Assembly (NCBI GenBank): GCA_964016885.1
Contig: OZ024741.1
Coordinates: 41,850,001 to 41,914,000 of the forward strand
DNA from: Eledone cirrhosa
Taxonomy: Eukaryota
Direction: 5' to 3'
DNA length: 64,000 bases
Below are positions 14,372-27,600 of this stretch, piece by piece; positions within the stretch are counted from its first letter, which is position 1, and each line of letters opens with the position of its first letter. Made by a program: the position numbers and the translations under genes. The notes beneath the pieces were generated by a model. It ran no database searches. It was given only the letters and a program-made list of their open reading frames with translations, and was not told the origin of the DNA.

Positions 14372-15554
14372 GCCAAAGCCAACCCCACTATTTTATGTCT
14401 GAGAAATGGGCAAAAATCCAAACCTTATTTACATAGAATTTGAAGTTGGTGAAAATCGTCAAAATATTGACCCTAAATATAAGCTGACCCCCAATTCTTC
14501 TACCATCGATTTTTGGGGAGGTTTGATATTCCTCAGCTTATATTTGATTATATACAGTAACTCTTCCATGGTGTTATTTCAGTTTTAAAACCATTATCAT
14601 CATTTGACTGCATTAGCAGATAGCTACAACCCTACTCCAGCTATTGCAGCTTTCATAATGAGTTGCTCTCCCATTATCTGATGATTAGACTTGAATATCA
14701 GTAGGACTTCTATCCCCATATGGAATTTCAACTCAGTATGTGTATCCATGTAGCTGTGAGTATCCCAGTTTTTAGAATAGGTACACCATATCCCTGCACA
14801 TAATTATAGGCAACTAAATTTGTCATCAGGAAAGGCATCCAGCTGTGAAACATTGTCTCAAAACATCCCATTCAACCAGCCCATGCAAGCATGGGAAAGT
14901 TAATGTAAAAGCAATGATGATGACAAAACACTGCAAAGTGACAAAACACTGCAAAGCATCTCATCTGAATACTTTAACAATTCTGTCAATGTTTCACCAT
15001 TGACTAATACTTTATTTCATCAACCCCAAAAGGATGAAAGGCAAAATTGACATCAGTGGGATTTGAACTTAGGAGTGCAAAGAGTCGGAATAAATAGTGC
15101 CAAGCCATTTTGTTCTACACTAACAATTCTGTTCATTAACCACATAAAAGAAAACTGATGATGATTTAACAGAATCCTAAATGAAAGTATGTTCAATAAA
15201 GGATTCAGTGAGGTATAAATGAATTTTTTAAATGTTTATGTTGTGTTGATATATTAGTCATTTCTTAATAGCTGACAACTCTTTATATTATATTATATTA
15301 TTCATATTTTGATGAGCAAAAAAAGGAAAATCAATTACTATAACTAATAATTTAAATGTTATCATAATTTCCATGCAAAACACATTCACTTCTAACAAAA
15401 GAATCAGTGTTCCAATAAATATTGCTCAACTACTCGCCTTAGACAACCTGCAGTTCTATGAGACACATCTGTCTATTTCTAAAGAGCTAATAATTACATC
15501 CTTCCATTGTAATGTTATGTAAGATCCTTTTGTTATGTTCTAAACACCAGATTA

Positions 15555-16240
15555 TTAATAATTGTTTCTACTTTAGGCACAAGGCCAGAAATTTGAAGGG
15601 GAGCGGAAAGTCATTTAAATCGACCCCAGTACTCACTGGTGCTTTATTTTATTGACCCGCCTTTTACTAAACACCAGATTAATAACAATTTATTCTAACA
15701 TTGACACAAGGTTGGCAATTTGTGGAAAGGGGAAAGTCAATTATATAAACCCCAGAACTTTATCAACAATGGAAGGTAAAAAGGTAAAATTGACTTTAGC
15801 AAGATTTGAACTCAGAATGTAGAAAGTTGTTACTAAATATTAGTTTATGATTTAGGCACAAGGCCAATAGTCTTTTTTTTTTGGGGGGGGGGGGGATTAA
15901 ATCGACTGCAGTGCATTACTGGTACTTTATTTTTATCGACCATGTAATGATGAAAGGCAAAGTTAACCTCAGCGGGATTTAAACTCAGAACGTAAAGGTA
16001 CGTAACTATATTTCACAGAGCATGTTGTCCGAGACTCTACTGATACTGCCAATACACTGCCTTTAGATTGATAATAATAATTTCTGTTTTAAGCACAAGG
16101 CCAACAATTTTAGTGGGAGGCGAAAGTCGATTAAATTGACCCAGTGCAATACTAATACTTTATTTTATCAACACCCCCATATGAATGAAAGACCAAGATA
16201 ACCTTGGCAGGATTTGAACCCAGAATGTAAAGGACCACAA
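15555..16240 (-). mobile_element. Cluster of 4-5 Meta-type SINE copies/fragments
   Basis: Repeated GGCACAAGGCCA...TCGACCCCAGT...CTGGTACTTTATTTTATCGAC...GATGAAAGGCAAAG...GATTTGAACTC. Confidence 0.75.
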
Positions 16241-16728
16241 CATTCTTCTAAATTCTTTATATTCCAAAAGGTTTTAAAAAGAAAAAAGGTAGGCTAGCTA
16301 TGTCAAGATAGCTATGACAAATTTCACATCATATACAGGTATTTCATATTTCTGTAGAATGAAAGCATGTGACCTAGTGGTTAGTGAGCTAGGGCCAATT
16401 TCTAGACTAGGCAGTGTCTTTGTGCAAGGTACTTCATTCAACTGCATTTGCTCTAGCACTAGAGAGGTTGTCATATATGTCAGATGAACAAAGTGTCCTT
16501 TCTGCTCTATGTTATTGCAAATCAAATGCCAAACAATTTTCAGGGTGTATTAAGTACATTTTATAGTGACACCATCACTATGAGCACACACCTGATTTGA
16601 TAATTAAAATGAAAACATGGAGTCCAATGAGAATAACATAGGCCATTCATTGTAGAAACACATAGAAAGCGTTAAAGTGTTCAATAAAATATTTCAAAAT
16701 CAAAAATATTGATTTCTTTTTTTTTTCA

Positions 16729-17195
16729 TTGACCCTTTTGATACCAAACCCCCTAAAATTATCCCAGGTTCTACAATACTAAACTGTTTGTTTTAAAATG
16801 ATGACATTTATCTAAAAACCTTCCTTCCACAATAAATTTATGTAAGAACTTTTGTTAAGTTATGTTCCAAACACCAGTTTAACCATCTAACATTTAAACC
16901 AGCCATATCTGGCCAGAATTCTATCATCTCTTCCTGTTCAAACCAGCTGTAACTGGCTGCTCATACTGATGTTAAAGTATTGTTAATAAAATGAATAATA
17001 TCAAAATCTCATAGATTCAATATTATGTGAGATAATTATGTGAGGTAAAGCCTTTACCGTGAAAATATAATAGTAAATATAGAGTAATGTTAAAGGATTA
17101 ATGACAAAGTTATCTTACAAAATCTCTCCAAATTCTTGATTTTTTTTTTTCAAAATAATATGCAAATCATAAGCAGTATCATTCATTAGAAATAA
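16729..17195. mobile_element. piggyBac-like MITE family B with a family A copy nested at a TTAA (16879-17101)
   Basis: Family B (CCCTTTTGATACCAAAC...TTCCAAACACCAG...AAAGGGTTAA) also occurs near 24110, 24721-25104, 31977-32450 and 63288-63736. The nested A copy is bounded by TTAA at 16879-16882 and 17098-17101. Confidence 0.7.
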
Positions 17196-17197
17196 TG

Positions 17198-17528
17198 ATC
17201 ATCATCATTTTACGTCCGCTTTTCCCTGCTTGCAAGGGTGGGACGGGAACTGATTCTGGCTTGATTTCTACAGCTGGATGCCCTTCCTAACACCAACCTC
17301 ATTTACAGTGAGTGCTGGGTGATTTTTTGCCGTGGCACCTCCACGACCACTTTGCAGTGGAATGATAGGGACCCCAATCCCTATCATCTCATTTCTACAG
17401 CTGAGTAAAATGGAGCAATGTGAAATAAAGTGTCTTGTTCAAGGAAACAACACATCACCTGGTCTGAGAATTGAACTCACAACCTTTCGATTGCAAGGCA
17501 AATGCTCTAACCACTAAGCCATGTGCCT
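17198..17528 (-). mobile_element. tRNA-derived CORE-SINE with RTE-derived 3' tail
   Basis: Head GGCACATGGCTTAGTGGTTAGAGC...GAGTTCAATTC (A/B boxes). CORE-like TTGAGCAAGACACTT...CTCAGCTGTAGAAATG. The 3' part matches the RTE copy 1 UTR and ends in (ATG)n. Confidence 0.85.
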
Positions 17529-17547
17529 CTATATATAAAAATATAAT

Positions 17548-17692
17548 AATAAAAGGGTTAATGCTTTTATGAAATATAGTAATGAAAGGGTCAATGCTTT
17601 TATGAAATATAGCAATGAAAAGGTCAATGCTTTTATGAAATATAGTAATGAAAGGGCCAATGCTTTTATGAAATATAGTAATGAAAGGGTTA
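17548..17692. repeat. 33-bp tandem repeat (x4) made of the terminal segment of MITE family B
   Basis: Unit AATGAAAGGGTCAATGCTTTTATGAAATATAGT resembles the family B end AATATGGTAATGAAAGAGTTAA (25082-25104). Confidence 0.8.
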
Positions 17693-19224
17693 ATACTATT
17701 TAGAATGATCATAAAAGTATAAAGTCTCGACATCATTTGCATTCATTTCTGATATAAAGCAACATATTCTCAAGATTTGACTAGATATAAAAATAAAGAG
17801 GAAACCAGCAGTTTTGGTAACAGTGAGCATATGAAATTCCAGTAAAAAATGATTTAGCCAATGTATGTTGCCAATAAAGTTAGAAGAATTATGTGATGTT
17901 CATTAGAATCATGATGGTCATAAATATATTTCAGATTTTTTATTATTTCTTTATTCTCAAAGTAAGCAATAATTACAATTTGCTTTCACAAGACATTGCT
18001 AATATATCACATCGCTATTGCTTAATAAAATGTTTAGATGATCCAATCATTGCTACATTAACATATTTTTCTCATCTTCACATGTGTTAAACAAGTTTAC
18101 ATGATAGCTTATTTGCATGTATATTGTATCAATTCAAATGTATGGCTTAACATAGCAAAGTCTCATATAAGCGTCTCAAAATCTTCTATTGGCTTTCCTC
18201 CACACAGATATGCACTACTACCAGTTAACTGAACATTCTTCACTCAACACACATCACCCATTTGCATTACATGCACATATTTCTGAAATTGGCCTTCTTG
18301 CATAGAATATCAAGTGAAAAAGGTTAACCAGTACTGTAATCTTTGCCAACAATTGTGGAAATTCCACAGAAACTCTCATCAATAAATAAATAAAGAAAGG
18401 AAAGAAATTCGCAGCACATTGGTAAAAGGTTAACCATGAGCAGTATGCTGTGATTTTGGAAATTAGAATTGTAAAATACCATTCTTTCTTTCTTGCTTAA
18501 AAATAAATTTCAGACAGAAGATCGAAAACGAGATAATATTAATAATGGTTTCTCCACGAGATCTTTTGCAGAAAAAAACAAAAACATTCTAGTTTAATGC
18601 AGAAATGATTTGGAAAAAAGAGAAAAACACTATTGAAAATATACTTAAAGCTCCCCTGATGAGCATTAGAACACGAAACCAGCTGATAGATGCTGTATTG
18701 TTTAACATTGAAAATTGAATTCTCTTTAGGAATATAAAACGAAAAAAAAAAGGAAAAATAGATCATTTTTTTTTAGAAATCTTCCATTAGAAATTCTTCA
18801 GATTTAAAAGATTGATTTTTGTTTGTTTGTTTGTTTGTTTTTAGGTGGGGGTGGGGGGTATTTTTGAAATATTCAATAAATGTTGAAGCAAAGATTTCTA
18901 ACTAAATATTTTAAAATCTTTTATATATATATACACACAGACACACACACCTATATATACATATATATATACATATATGTACATACATATCTATACACAC
19001 ACATATTTGTTGCACTGTTGAAGAGCAACTCTAAAAATAAGATTAAATCTGTATAAAATAATAAGAGTTAAAATAAGTAACCAGTGGCCTACTGAACATC
19101 GCCAGGCTTCTATATTAAGTGGTATGTGGTATCAGGTAACCAAAGACAAAAAATGTATATCGTTTAAAAGATCACTTTAGATAATTCTCAGAAAATAAAA
19201 ATTCAATTTAATAATATATATATA

Positions 19225-19412
19225 TGAGTGTGTGTGAGAGAGAGGGCAAGAGAGGGAGAGAGAGAGGGGGAGATGGAGAGAGAGGGGGAGAGAGGAGAGA
19301 GGGAGAGAGAGGGGAAGAGAGTGAGAGAGAGGGGGAGAGGGGGAGGGGGGAGAAGGCAAGAGAGGGAGAGAGAGGGCAAGAGAGGGAGGGGGAGAGAGGG
19401 AGAGAGAGAGAG
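19225..19412. repeat. GA-rich low-complexity tract
   Basis: Directly visible. Confidence 0.9.
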
Positions 19413-19672
19413 TATGTGTGTGACTGTATGTATGCAGTGTTAAGGGCATGTGATTTAGGGTGTTTAGCATAAGGTCATAATTTCTATTCTCAGCCATGTG
19501 TTGTGTCCTTGAGCAAGACATTTTATTCCATGCTGCTCCAGTTCAATCATATGGACTAACCCTGTAAAAACAGACAAGAGTTCAACAAATATGTTAGGAC
19601 TTCTCATGTGTATAAAAGGCACACAAAATGCCAAGGTGCAGAGTTGATTTACAACCTGCAGAAACGATTTGT

Positions 19673-19898
19673 TTAACCCTTTACCATTTACATTACTCTA
19701 TATGTACTATTGTATTTTCACAGTAAAGGCTTTACCTTACATAATTATCTCACATAATATCGAATCTATGACATTCTGATGGTATTTTTGAGGACAATAC
19801 CTTTACATCAGTATAAGCAGTCAGTTACAGCCAATTTGAACAGAAAGAGGTGAGAGAATTCTGGCTGGATATGACCGGTTTAAATGCTAATGGGTTAA
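19673..19898 (+). mobile_element. piggyBac-like MITE family A
   Basis: TTAACCCT...GGGTTAA termini. Confidence 0.78.
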
Positions 19899-20734
19899 AG
19901 TGGTCATTTGTCTGTGCCATACGATGTACACTCTCTGCTTTATAGCTTTGTCATGTACTAGTGTCACATGTCAGATGATGATATAATCACAGACTTTTGG
20001 AATAAAAGTTCTCCATCTCCTAGGATGGTTATCTTAGCAAAATTATCACACACAAAATTCATATGTTCACACAATATATAAGCATGTACATATTATTAGA
20101 TGGCTGTTGCCTCTCCTGAGTTACTCATCCCATTGACAGGTTGCAGTTTTCATTATGCAGTATGCTCCCAAAATCACCCACCATACTAAGCAAGTTTGGT
20201 AGGATTGCTGATTTAGTTGCACAGTCACACATTAGTGCAAAAATGCTTACAGAGATACCAGCTTTAACTAAAAATATTGCATAAGTAAAAGCTAAAAAAA
20301 TAAATCCAAAGTTATATATGTATCACGCATACAAGAATGTACATGCATGCACATATACATCATCACACGCACGTACACATACTATAAGAAACACAAAATA
20401 AAAATAAATCTAGAAGTGAAGCAATTGCAAATTCTGTTTAACAATATTGTTTAATTACTTATAAAGGAACTTATGTTCTTTAGAATCCATTAATCAAATG
20501 TTCTAGAAATTTCTTAAAATAGTCATGGGAATTTATTTTAGAAAATGCCAATAATGTAAGTCAAGTTGAATTATGATTGAATAATATAATTTAGTGTGTG
20601 TGTGTGGTGTGTGTGTATATATATGCATATATATATATGCATATGTATATAAATGTATTTATGTTTTTTTATATATATATGTATATAAATGTATTTATAT
20701 GTTTATATATATATATATATAAATGTATCTATAT

Positions 20735-20768
<34 letters not shown>

Positions 20769-21182
20769 GCATGTGTGTGTATTTTTTTATATCTAATTCT
20801 TGTAGATAATCAATCCATGCCAGTTTCATTTCCTCTGCATTGCTTTTGGTGTTGAATGCAAGCCTATAACTATTTTCATTAGGTTTCTTTCATTCAAAGG
20901 CTTAGAGTCTAGCATTGCAAATTCATAGGCAGTTAATTGGCAGCGAGTCACAAGAGCATCAAATGGAATGCTTTACGGTATGCATTCCAGTTCTGTGTGA
21001 CCAGTGTTCAAATTTGAGACCAACTTTGATTTCAACCTTTTAGTAGAGTTGATAAGTAAAGTATCAGTCCAGTTTGTTCTCCCTGTCTCTCTTTCTCTCT
21101 CACAGAAATTGGCTATAGTCAATCTAGAGGAAGGATGGGCTCTGCCAGGTTTAAGACATACAGTGTATAATAACAGACTCTA

Positions 21183-21523
21183 GGCACATGGCTTAGTGGT
21201 TAGAGCACAGGTTTACAATGAGATTTTGAGTTCAATTCTCGTACCAGGCTGTGCGTTGTGTTCTTGAGCAAGACACTTTATCTGACGTTGCTCCAGTTTA
21301 CACAGCTGTAGAAATGAGTTGTGACATCGTTGGTGCCAAGCTGTATCGATCATTGCCTTACCCTTGGACAACATCAGAGGTGTGGAGAGTGAAGACTGAT
21401 ATGGATGGGTGACTGCTGGTCTTCCACAAACAACCTTGCCCGGACATGTGCCTTGGAGGGGAACTTTCTAGGAGCAAATCCCATGGTTATTTGTGACCAA
21501 AGGCGTTCTTTACCCTTTACCCT
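21183..21523 (+). mobile_element. tRNA/CORE-SINE with an alternative 3' body ending in (TTTACCC)2
   Basis: Same head and CORE as 17198-17528 but an unrelated 3' half. A reverse copy of this 3' half lies at about 30552-30692. Confidence 0.75.
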
Positions 21524-21629
21524 ATGCCAGCATTAGGAGTTATAGAATACCTAGAGGGGGATAGGCTTTGTTAGGTTTTAAATATACCCAAGACATGTTG
21601 CATGTTACAATAACCTTATTAGTTATGAG

Positions 21630-21941
21630 TTCAAATCCCGCCGAGGTGAACTTGCCTTTCATCCTTACGGGGTCGATAAAATAAAGTACCAGTAATGCAC
21701 TGGGATAATTGCTGGCCTTGTGCCAAAAGTAGAAACAATTATTTGTTGTGAGAAAGGGCGGTGAATTGGCAGTATCGGTAGAGGGTTGGACGCCATGCTT
21801 TCTAGCATAGTTACGTCCCTTTACGGTCTGAGTTCAAATCCCGTCGAGGTTAACTTTGCCTTTCATCCTTATGGGGTCGATAAAATAAAGTACCAGTAAT
21901 GTACTGGGTACTTGCTGGCTTTGTGCCAAAAGTAGAAACAA
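21630..21941 (+). mobile_element. Tandem pair of Meta-type SINEs (5'-truncated + full) inside a 14-bp direct repeat
   Basis: TTATTAGTTATGAG at 21616-21629 and 21942-21955, with a variant TTATTTGTTGTGAG between the two copies. Confidence 0.85.
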
Positions 21942-22601
21942 TTATTAGTTATGAGATCAATGATCAGATTGCCAATTATCTTGGGAAACCCTGCATCCTG
22001 TGGTCTCTCGCTCAGACGTATTTACCTTATTTTTCCTCTGACATATGGAGAACCAGGTTAGAGAAGCTTCTTGATAAGTGCAAGGACCACCCATGGTAGA
22101 TTAAAACAGTCCTGACTAGGATTATCATAATCACATCTTAACCATTAATCCCGTCCCCCGCAGATTTAAACTACAGCTACATGTAATGATTGTCAGTGAG
22201 CTGAGGTTGCTGCTCTTACATTGGTTGTACTTGTCTGGCAAGTGACATCATCTGAGGCTGTATAGAAACTAAAGCATGGAAAAGTCATATTAAACACACA
22301 AAGTGTTAAATTCTTTTTACATTTATCATTTATTTCTTAGTGTCAGACTTTTCATTTGCACTGTTTAAGGGCTTTTCAGTAGAACTGGGCCAGTGATTTG
22401 TTTCCTAACAATGATAGTAGTAGAAGTGGTGGTGGTGGGGGGATGCTGTGAGTAGTATAATCAGAGCTACATTCGAAGTAGTACAATTAAAAGAGGAAGA
22501 ATGGGTGATGGTGTCTGTGGCTGTGGTGTTGGCAGTAGAAACATTGTCCGACAGTTAAACTATTTATTACATTACACACAAATATAGGTGGTTACAAATA
22601 T

Positions 22602-22917
22602 TTAACCCTTTAACATTTAAACCAGCCGTATCCAGCCAGAGTTACTCTTTCTTTTCAAACTGGCTGCTCATACTTATGTTAAGGTATTGTTCTCAAAATA
22701 AGTAACATCAAAATCTCATAGATTCAATATTATGTGAGATAATTAAGGCAAGGTTAACTTTGCCTTTCATCCTTACGGGGTCGATAAAATAAAGTACCAG
22801 TAATGTACTGGGTAATTGCTGGCCTTGTGCTAAAAGTAGAAATAATTGTGTGAGATAAAGCCTTTACCATGAAAATATAATAGTATATATAGAGTAATGT
22901 AAAGGCTAAAGGATTAA
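22602..22917 (-). mobile_element. piggyBac-like MITE family A with a Meta-type SINE fragment inserted (about 22746-22840, +)
   Basis: MITE A body interrupted by GTTAACTTTGCCTTTCATCC...GTAGAA, with ATAATT on both sides. Confidence 0.78.
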
Positions 22918-25900
22918 TATGTGTATGTGTGTGCCTGTGTGTAATACTAATACCCATTATAAGCTTCTTTAATACAACAGAAAACAACAATGCAGTGCAA
23001 TTTAGTATCTTACATCTTTCTCATAGTTCTTACACAGTTACTGATTTCATTTACCCAAATTCCATAATGGTTTTAAAATTAAAAAAATTACATTCGACAC
23101 AATATCCAGCTAAACAAGTAAATACACTAGATAGATCCTTAGTACTATATAAGGAGCTAGTTAACCTTTAGCATGCTAGAAACTATTATGAATAGCTACC
23201 CTTGACACTACATTATATATTAAAGAGAGACTATTCTATCAGCAACTTAATGCACATGGAGCATTCAGAAGGTTAAAATCTGTATTAAATTTATGTACGC
23301 TCATAGTAATATTGGCAAATTCAGTGGATTCTAGATAGCTGGCATACTAAGCAACAATTTACTGTAAAATAAGAAAGGTTTCTTGACATTTTTATCCAGT
23401 GGAGAATATTTCTTAACAATACTATAAAAATTAATGAGATGTGCAGTTTACTTAATCTTATAAAGGAGGTAGAGATCTTGCTGAAGGTCATCAGTGTCTA
23501 GTACTTGTGAAGTGATGTATAAATTCAGCAACTCAATAGCTCTTATACCATCACTCAACCAGCCAGTCTATCTTCATGAGAAACTGAACAATATTGCCTA
23601 ACTTCAGTTGAGTTTAGTATAACTTCATGGTGTCAGTGAGTGTGTGCATCAGTGTGTGTTAAGTGTGTGGGCATGCATCAGTGGGTTAATGATTTTTTTT
23701 TGTTTTTCTTGTGGCAGTATTCTAGGGCTGGAAGACCTTTATCACACCAATTCCCCACCTTATATCTCAAGGTACTGATTACTAAATGACGAACTGCTGT
23801 GCCCCAGAACCTTTGTTTATGCAGGATATATAAGTCATCACCCACCTGATATCCAGTCCGATCACAATTATATATATGTATATATCATCATCACCTTTGA
23901 ACATCCATTTTTCCATGCTATCTGGGGTTAGACAAGTTGTTCCGTTGTGAGAAAAACCAGATCAGATTGTTATGCTCATACAGAACTGTTTCTGGCTTGG
24001 TTTCTATGGCTGGATGTCCTTCCTCATGCCAACCACATTTACAGTGTGTAGTGGATGCTTTCTAGTGACTCAGACTAATGTTTCTCTTTCCTGCTAACAC
24101 ACAACCTTTAAAACCTTTTTGATTCCAAACCACCTGAAACCAACCCTGGGTCTAAGATACAAAACAGTTTCTTTTGAAGTGATTACATTCATCTAAAAAA
24201 ACTTTTATATTTCTAAACACCAATTTAGTGATGAGAAAATCAGTTTTATTACTAAATCTCTCCAATTTCTTGGTTTTTTTCAAAATGATTTGAAAATCAT
24301 AGGTGTTGTCTTTCAAGAGAATGATGGCAACAATAGAGCTAAATCAATAAATCATATACTTTCAAATCCCAAGGACTTATAGCTCACTGTTTGGAGCAGT
24401 TGGAGAATGATGAAGTCCTCTTACGTCGCTGAAACATTATAGTCACATAACAGAGCTATGTTCCAATCAATTCTATAAACACCATAATCAATGAGTTTTG
24501 TGAATAAATCCTGATATTTCCACCTTGCAGTCTTGAATGTTTTTCTAATATTAGTGCAGCCTTAGACCTTTTGATAGCAGACTGCCTGAAACCTTCCTGG
24601 GTTTTTATATACAAAGTTGTCACCTAAAAACCTTCCATAATTTTATGTAGGAATTTATCCAACCTATGCTAGCATAAAATAAATATACATCTGAGTAATT
24701 AAACAAGAAGCTTTATCTTCTTAACGTTTTTGATAACAAACTGTCTGAAACTGCATCTAGTTTTACAATACAAAACTATTTATTTTTATCTGAATACTTT
24801 CCACCATAATTTTACAAAAGAAACTAAGTTATATTCCAAATCCCAGTTTAATAATGAGAAAATTCCCCCAAACTCTTGATAATACTCTAATAGGAGTAGG
24901 TAAATCTAGAAATATCATTATCATGGCCATAAAAGCAAAGTTTGAAGGAAATATTAGCCATTTTTTAATACTTTCTAGGCATAAACAAAGAGGAAATAAT
25001 AGTTGCTACCCAAGGACAACATTTTTATTACAGTGTTATTTTCAAAATGATTTGAAAATCATAGGCAGTGCCTTTCACTAGAAATATGGTAATGAAAGAG
25101 TTAATCATATTAAGAACATATTAGTAACAGTAACTACTAGAATTATTATAATTAACCATTATGTTAGCCAATGTTAGAAAATATAGAGTAAAAGAATAAA
25201 AAATAACGACATATATCACACATTTTACTTTTTTTCTAATAATGATATTTAGATGACATAAATTAGAATTTATTAAACAGCATTGCATAACTTGTCATTA
25301 AAAACCATAACTACTAGAAATAGAAAATAGGCATGAATAATTCAGAACTAAATATTTAGTTGTGCAGTTTATGAATAACTGAATTCATTTTTGCAAGCAA
25401 AAGTATTACATTCACTACTATAAAGTCAAATTATTTTCAGCTTCTTTTTTGAGAATATTTATATATTATGAGGATAGGGGTTATCATAACTGGTAAAGTA
25501 TTCTGTATATAAATGTGAGAGAGAGAGAGAGAGAGTGTGTGAGTGAGTGAGTGAGTGAGTGAGTGAGTGAGTGAGTGAATGAGTGAGTGTGTGAGTGTGT
25601 GTGTGTGTGTGTGTAAAAGGAAAGAAGGGGATGGTGAAAAAACTGGCAAAAGAACAGCTAATGTTCCATTTGCTAGACTGAGTGTGAGTATGTGTGTATT
25701 TTTGCATGTTTATATTTACATACTCCTACATATACACACATGTGCACACATGTGCACACACATATGTGTCAGTGTGTGGAAAAAATAGCAAGATAAAATG
25801 CCATTATAATATTTCTAAGTTCAAATCCCGTCAAGGTCAACTTTCATCCTTCTGGGGTTGATAAAATTAAGTACCAGCTAAGTAGTGAGGTTGATTTAAT

Positions 25901-25968
25901 CACCTTTGCCATTCCTCCAATTTTTCTGGCCTTGTACCTAAATTAATAATTCCTCAATTCAACATATA

Positions 25969-26047
25969 CAGGATGTCCCCCAAAAATGATTACACACTTT
26001 GTTTAGAATGCTGTTGAAGTGTGCATATATTATTTTGGGACACCCTG
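25969..26047. mobile_element. Tc1/mariner-type MITE
   Basis: TA-CAGGATGTCCC...GGGACACCCTG-TA. Same family as 6632-6728. Confidence 0.78.
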
Positions 26048-26461
26048 TACACACAAGAATGATTGTTTGGTTGAAGAGTTTGCTTTGCAAGTATGTGATT
26101 TTAGGTTAAATCCCAATACATGGCACCTTGTGAGAATGTCTTCTACTATAGCATTAAGTTAACCCAAGCCTTGTGAGTGAAATTTGGAAGAAGGAAACTA
26201 TCTAGAAGCCCGTCGTATATTTGAGTATGTAAGAGTCTGTGTACATGTATATATATATATATATGTCTGTGTCTGGGTGTATTTACATCTATTGTCTACT
26301 TATGTCCAATGACATAGCAGATCAACACCAAAAGACCTGAACTCGACATATTTCGTCATTTTATATTAAATTACAAAATATCCATAGCCACCTCACTAAA
26401 CCATCACCTTTTTATGAGTGACAGAATGTCACAGCTTTACTTTCTTGGAGAAATGTATAAG

Positions 26462-26493
26462 GAGTGAGTGAGTGAGTGAGTGAGTGAGAGAGT

Positions 26494-26524
<31 letters not shown>

Positions 26525-27600
26525 TGAGAGAGAGAGAGAGTGAGAGAGCATGAGAGAGAGTGAGAGAGCATGAGAGAGAGTGAGAGAGCGTGAGAGAGAG
26601 TGAGAGAGCGTGAGAGAGAGTGATAGAGAGTGAGAGAGCATGAGAGAGAGTGAGAGAGCGAGAAAGAGCGTAAGAGAGCATGAGAGAGAGAGTGAGAGAG
26701 CGTGAGAGAGCATGAGAGAGCGTGAGAGAGCATGAGAGAGCGTGAGAGAGCATGAGAGAGAGAGTGAGAGAGCGTGAGAGAGCGTGAGAGAGCATGAGAG
26801 AGCGTGAGAGAGCATGAGAGAGCGTGAGAGAGCTTGAGAGAGCGCGAGAGAGCGTGAGAACGTGAGAGAGCATGAGAGAGCATGAGAGAGCGTGAGAGAG
26901 CGTGAGAGAGCATGAGAGAGCGTGAGAGAGCGTGAGAGAGCGTGAGAGAGCGTGAGAGAGCATGAGAGAGCATGAGAGAGCGTGAGAGAGCGTGAGAGAG
27001 CATGAGAGAGCATGAGAGAGAGTGAGAGAGCGAGTGAGAGAGCGAGAGAGAGAGCGAGAGAGAGAGCGAGAGAGAGAGCGAGTGAGAGAGCGAGAGAGAG
27101 AGCGAGGGAGCAAGAGAGAGAGAGCGAGGGAGCGGGAGAGAGAGCGAGAGAGCGAATGAGAGAGCATGAGAGAGCGTGAGAGAGCGTGAGAGAGCATGAG
27201 AGAGCATGAGAGAGAGTGAGAGAGCGAGTGAGAGAGCGAGAGAGAGAGCGAGAGAGAGAGCGAGAGAGAGAGCGAGTGAGAGAGCGAGAGAGAGAGCGAG
27301 GGAGCAAGAGAGAGAGAGCGAGGGAGCGGGAGAGAGAGCGAGAGAGCGAATGAGAGAGCAAATGAGAGAGCGAATGAGAGAGCAAATGAGAGAGCGAGTG
27401 AGAGAGCAAATGAGAGAGCGAGTGAGAGAGCGAGAGAGAGAGCGAGGGAGCAAGAGAGAGAGAGCGAGGGAGCGGGAGAGAGAGCGAGAGAGCGAATGAG
27501 AGAGCAAATGAGAGAGCGAGGGAGCGGGAGAGAGAGCGAGAGAGCGAATGAGAGAGCAAATGAGAGAGCGAGTGAGAGAGCATGAGAGAGAGAGAGAGAG
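26462..27600. repeat. (GA)n-based compound satellite (GAGAGAGCAT/GAGAGAGCGT units, higher-order duplications)
   Basis: Directly visible. Confidence 0.96.

Noticed and set aside
24400-24450. Additional hammerhead motif (ATGATGA..GAAAC..GTC); similar half-motif near 26345 (-)
   Set aside because: The core and helices are too degenerate to support.
26412-27583. Ser/Leu- or Arg/Glu-rich ORFs (also 11368-12324, 30447-31382, 43051-44373)
   Set aside because: Translations of GA-rich satellites, with no domain content.
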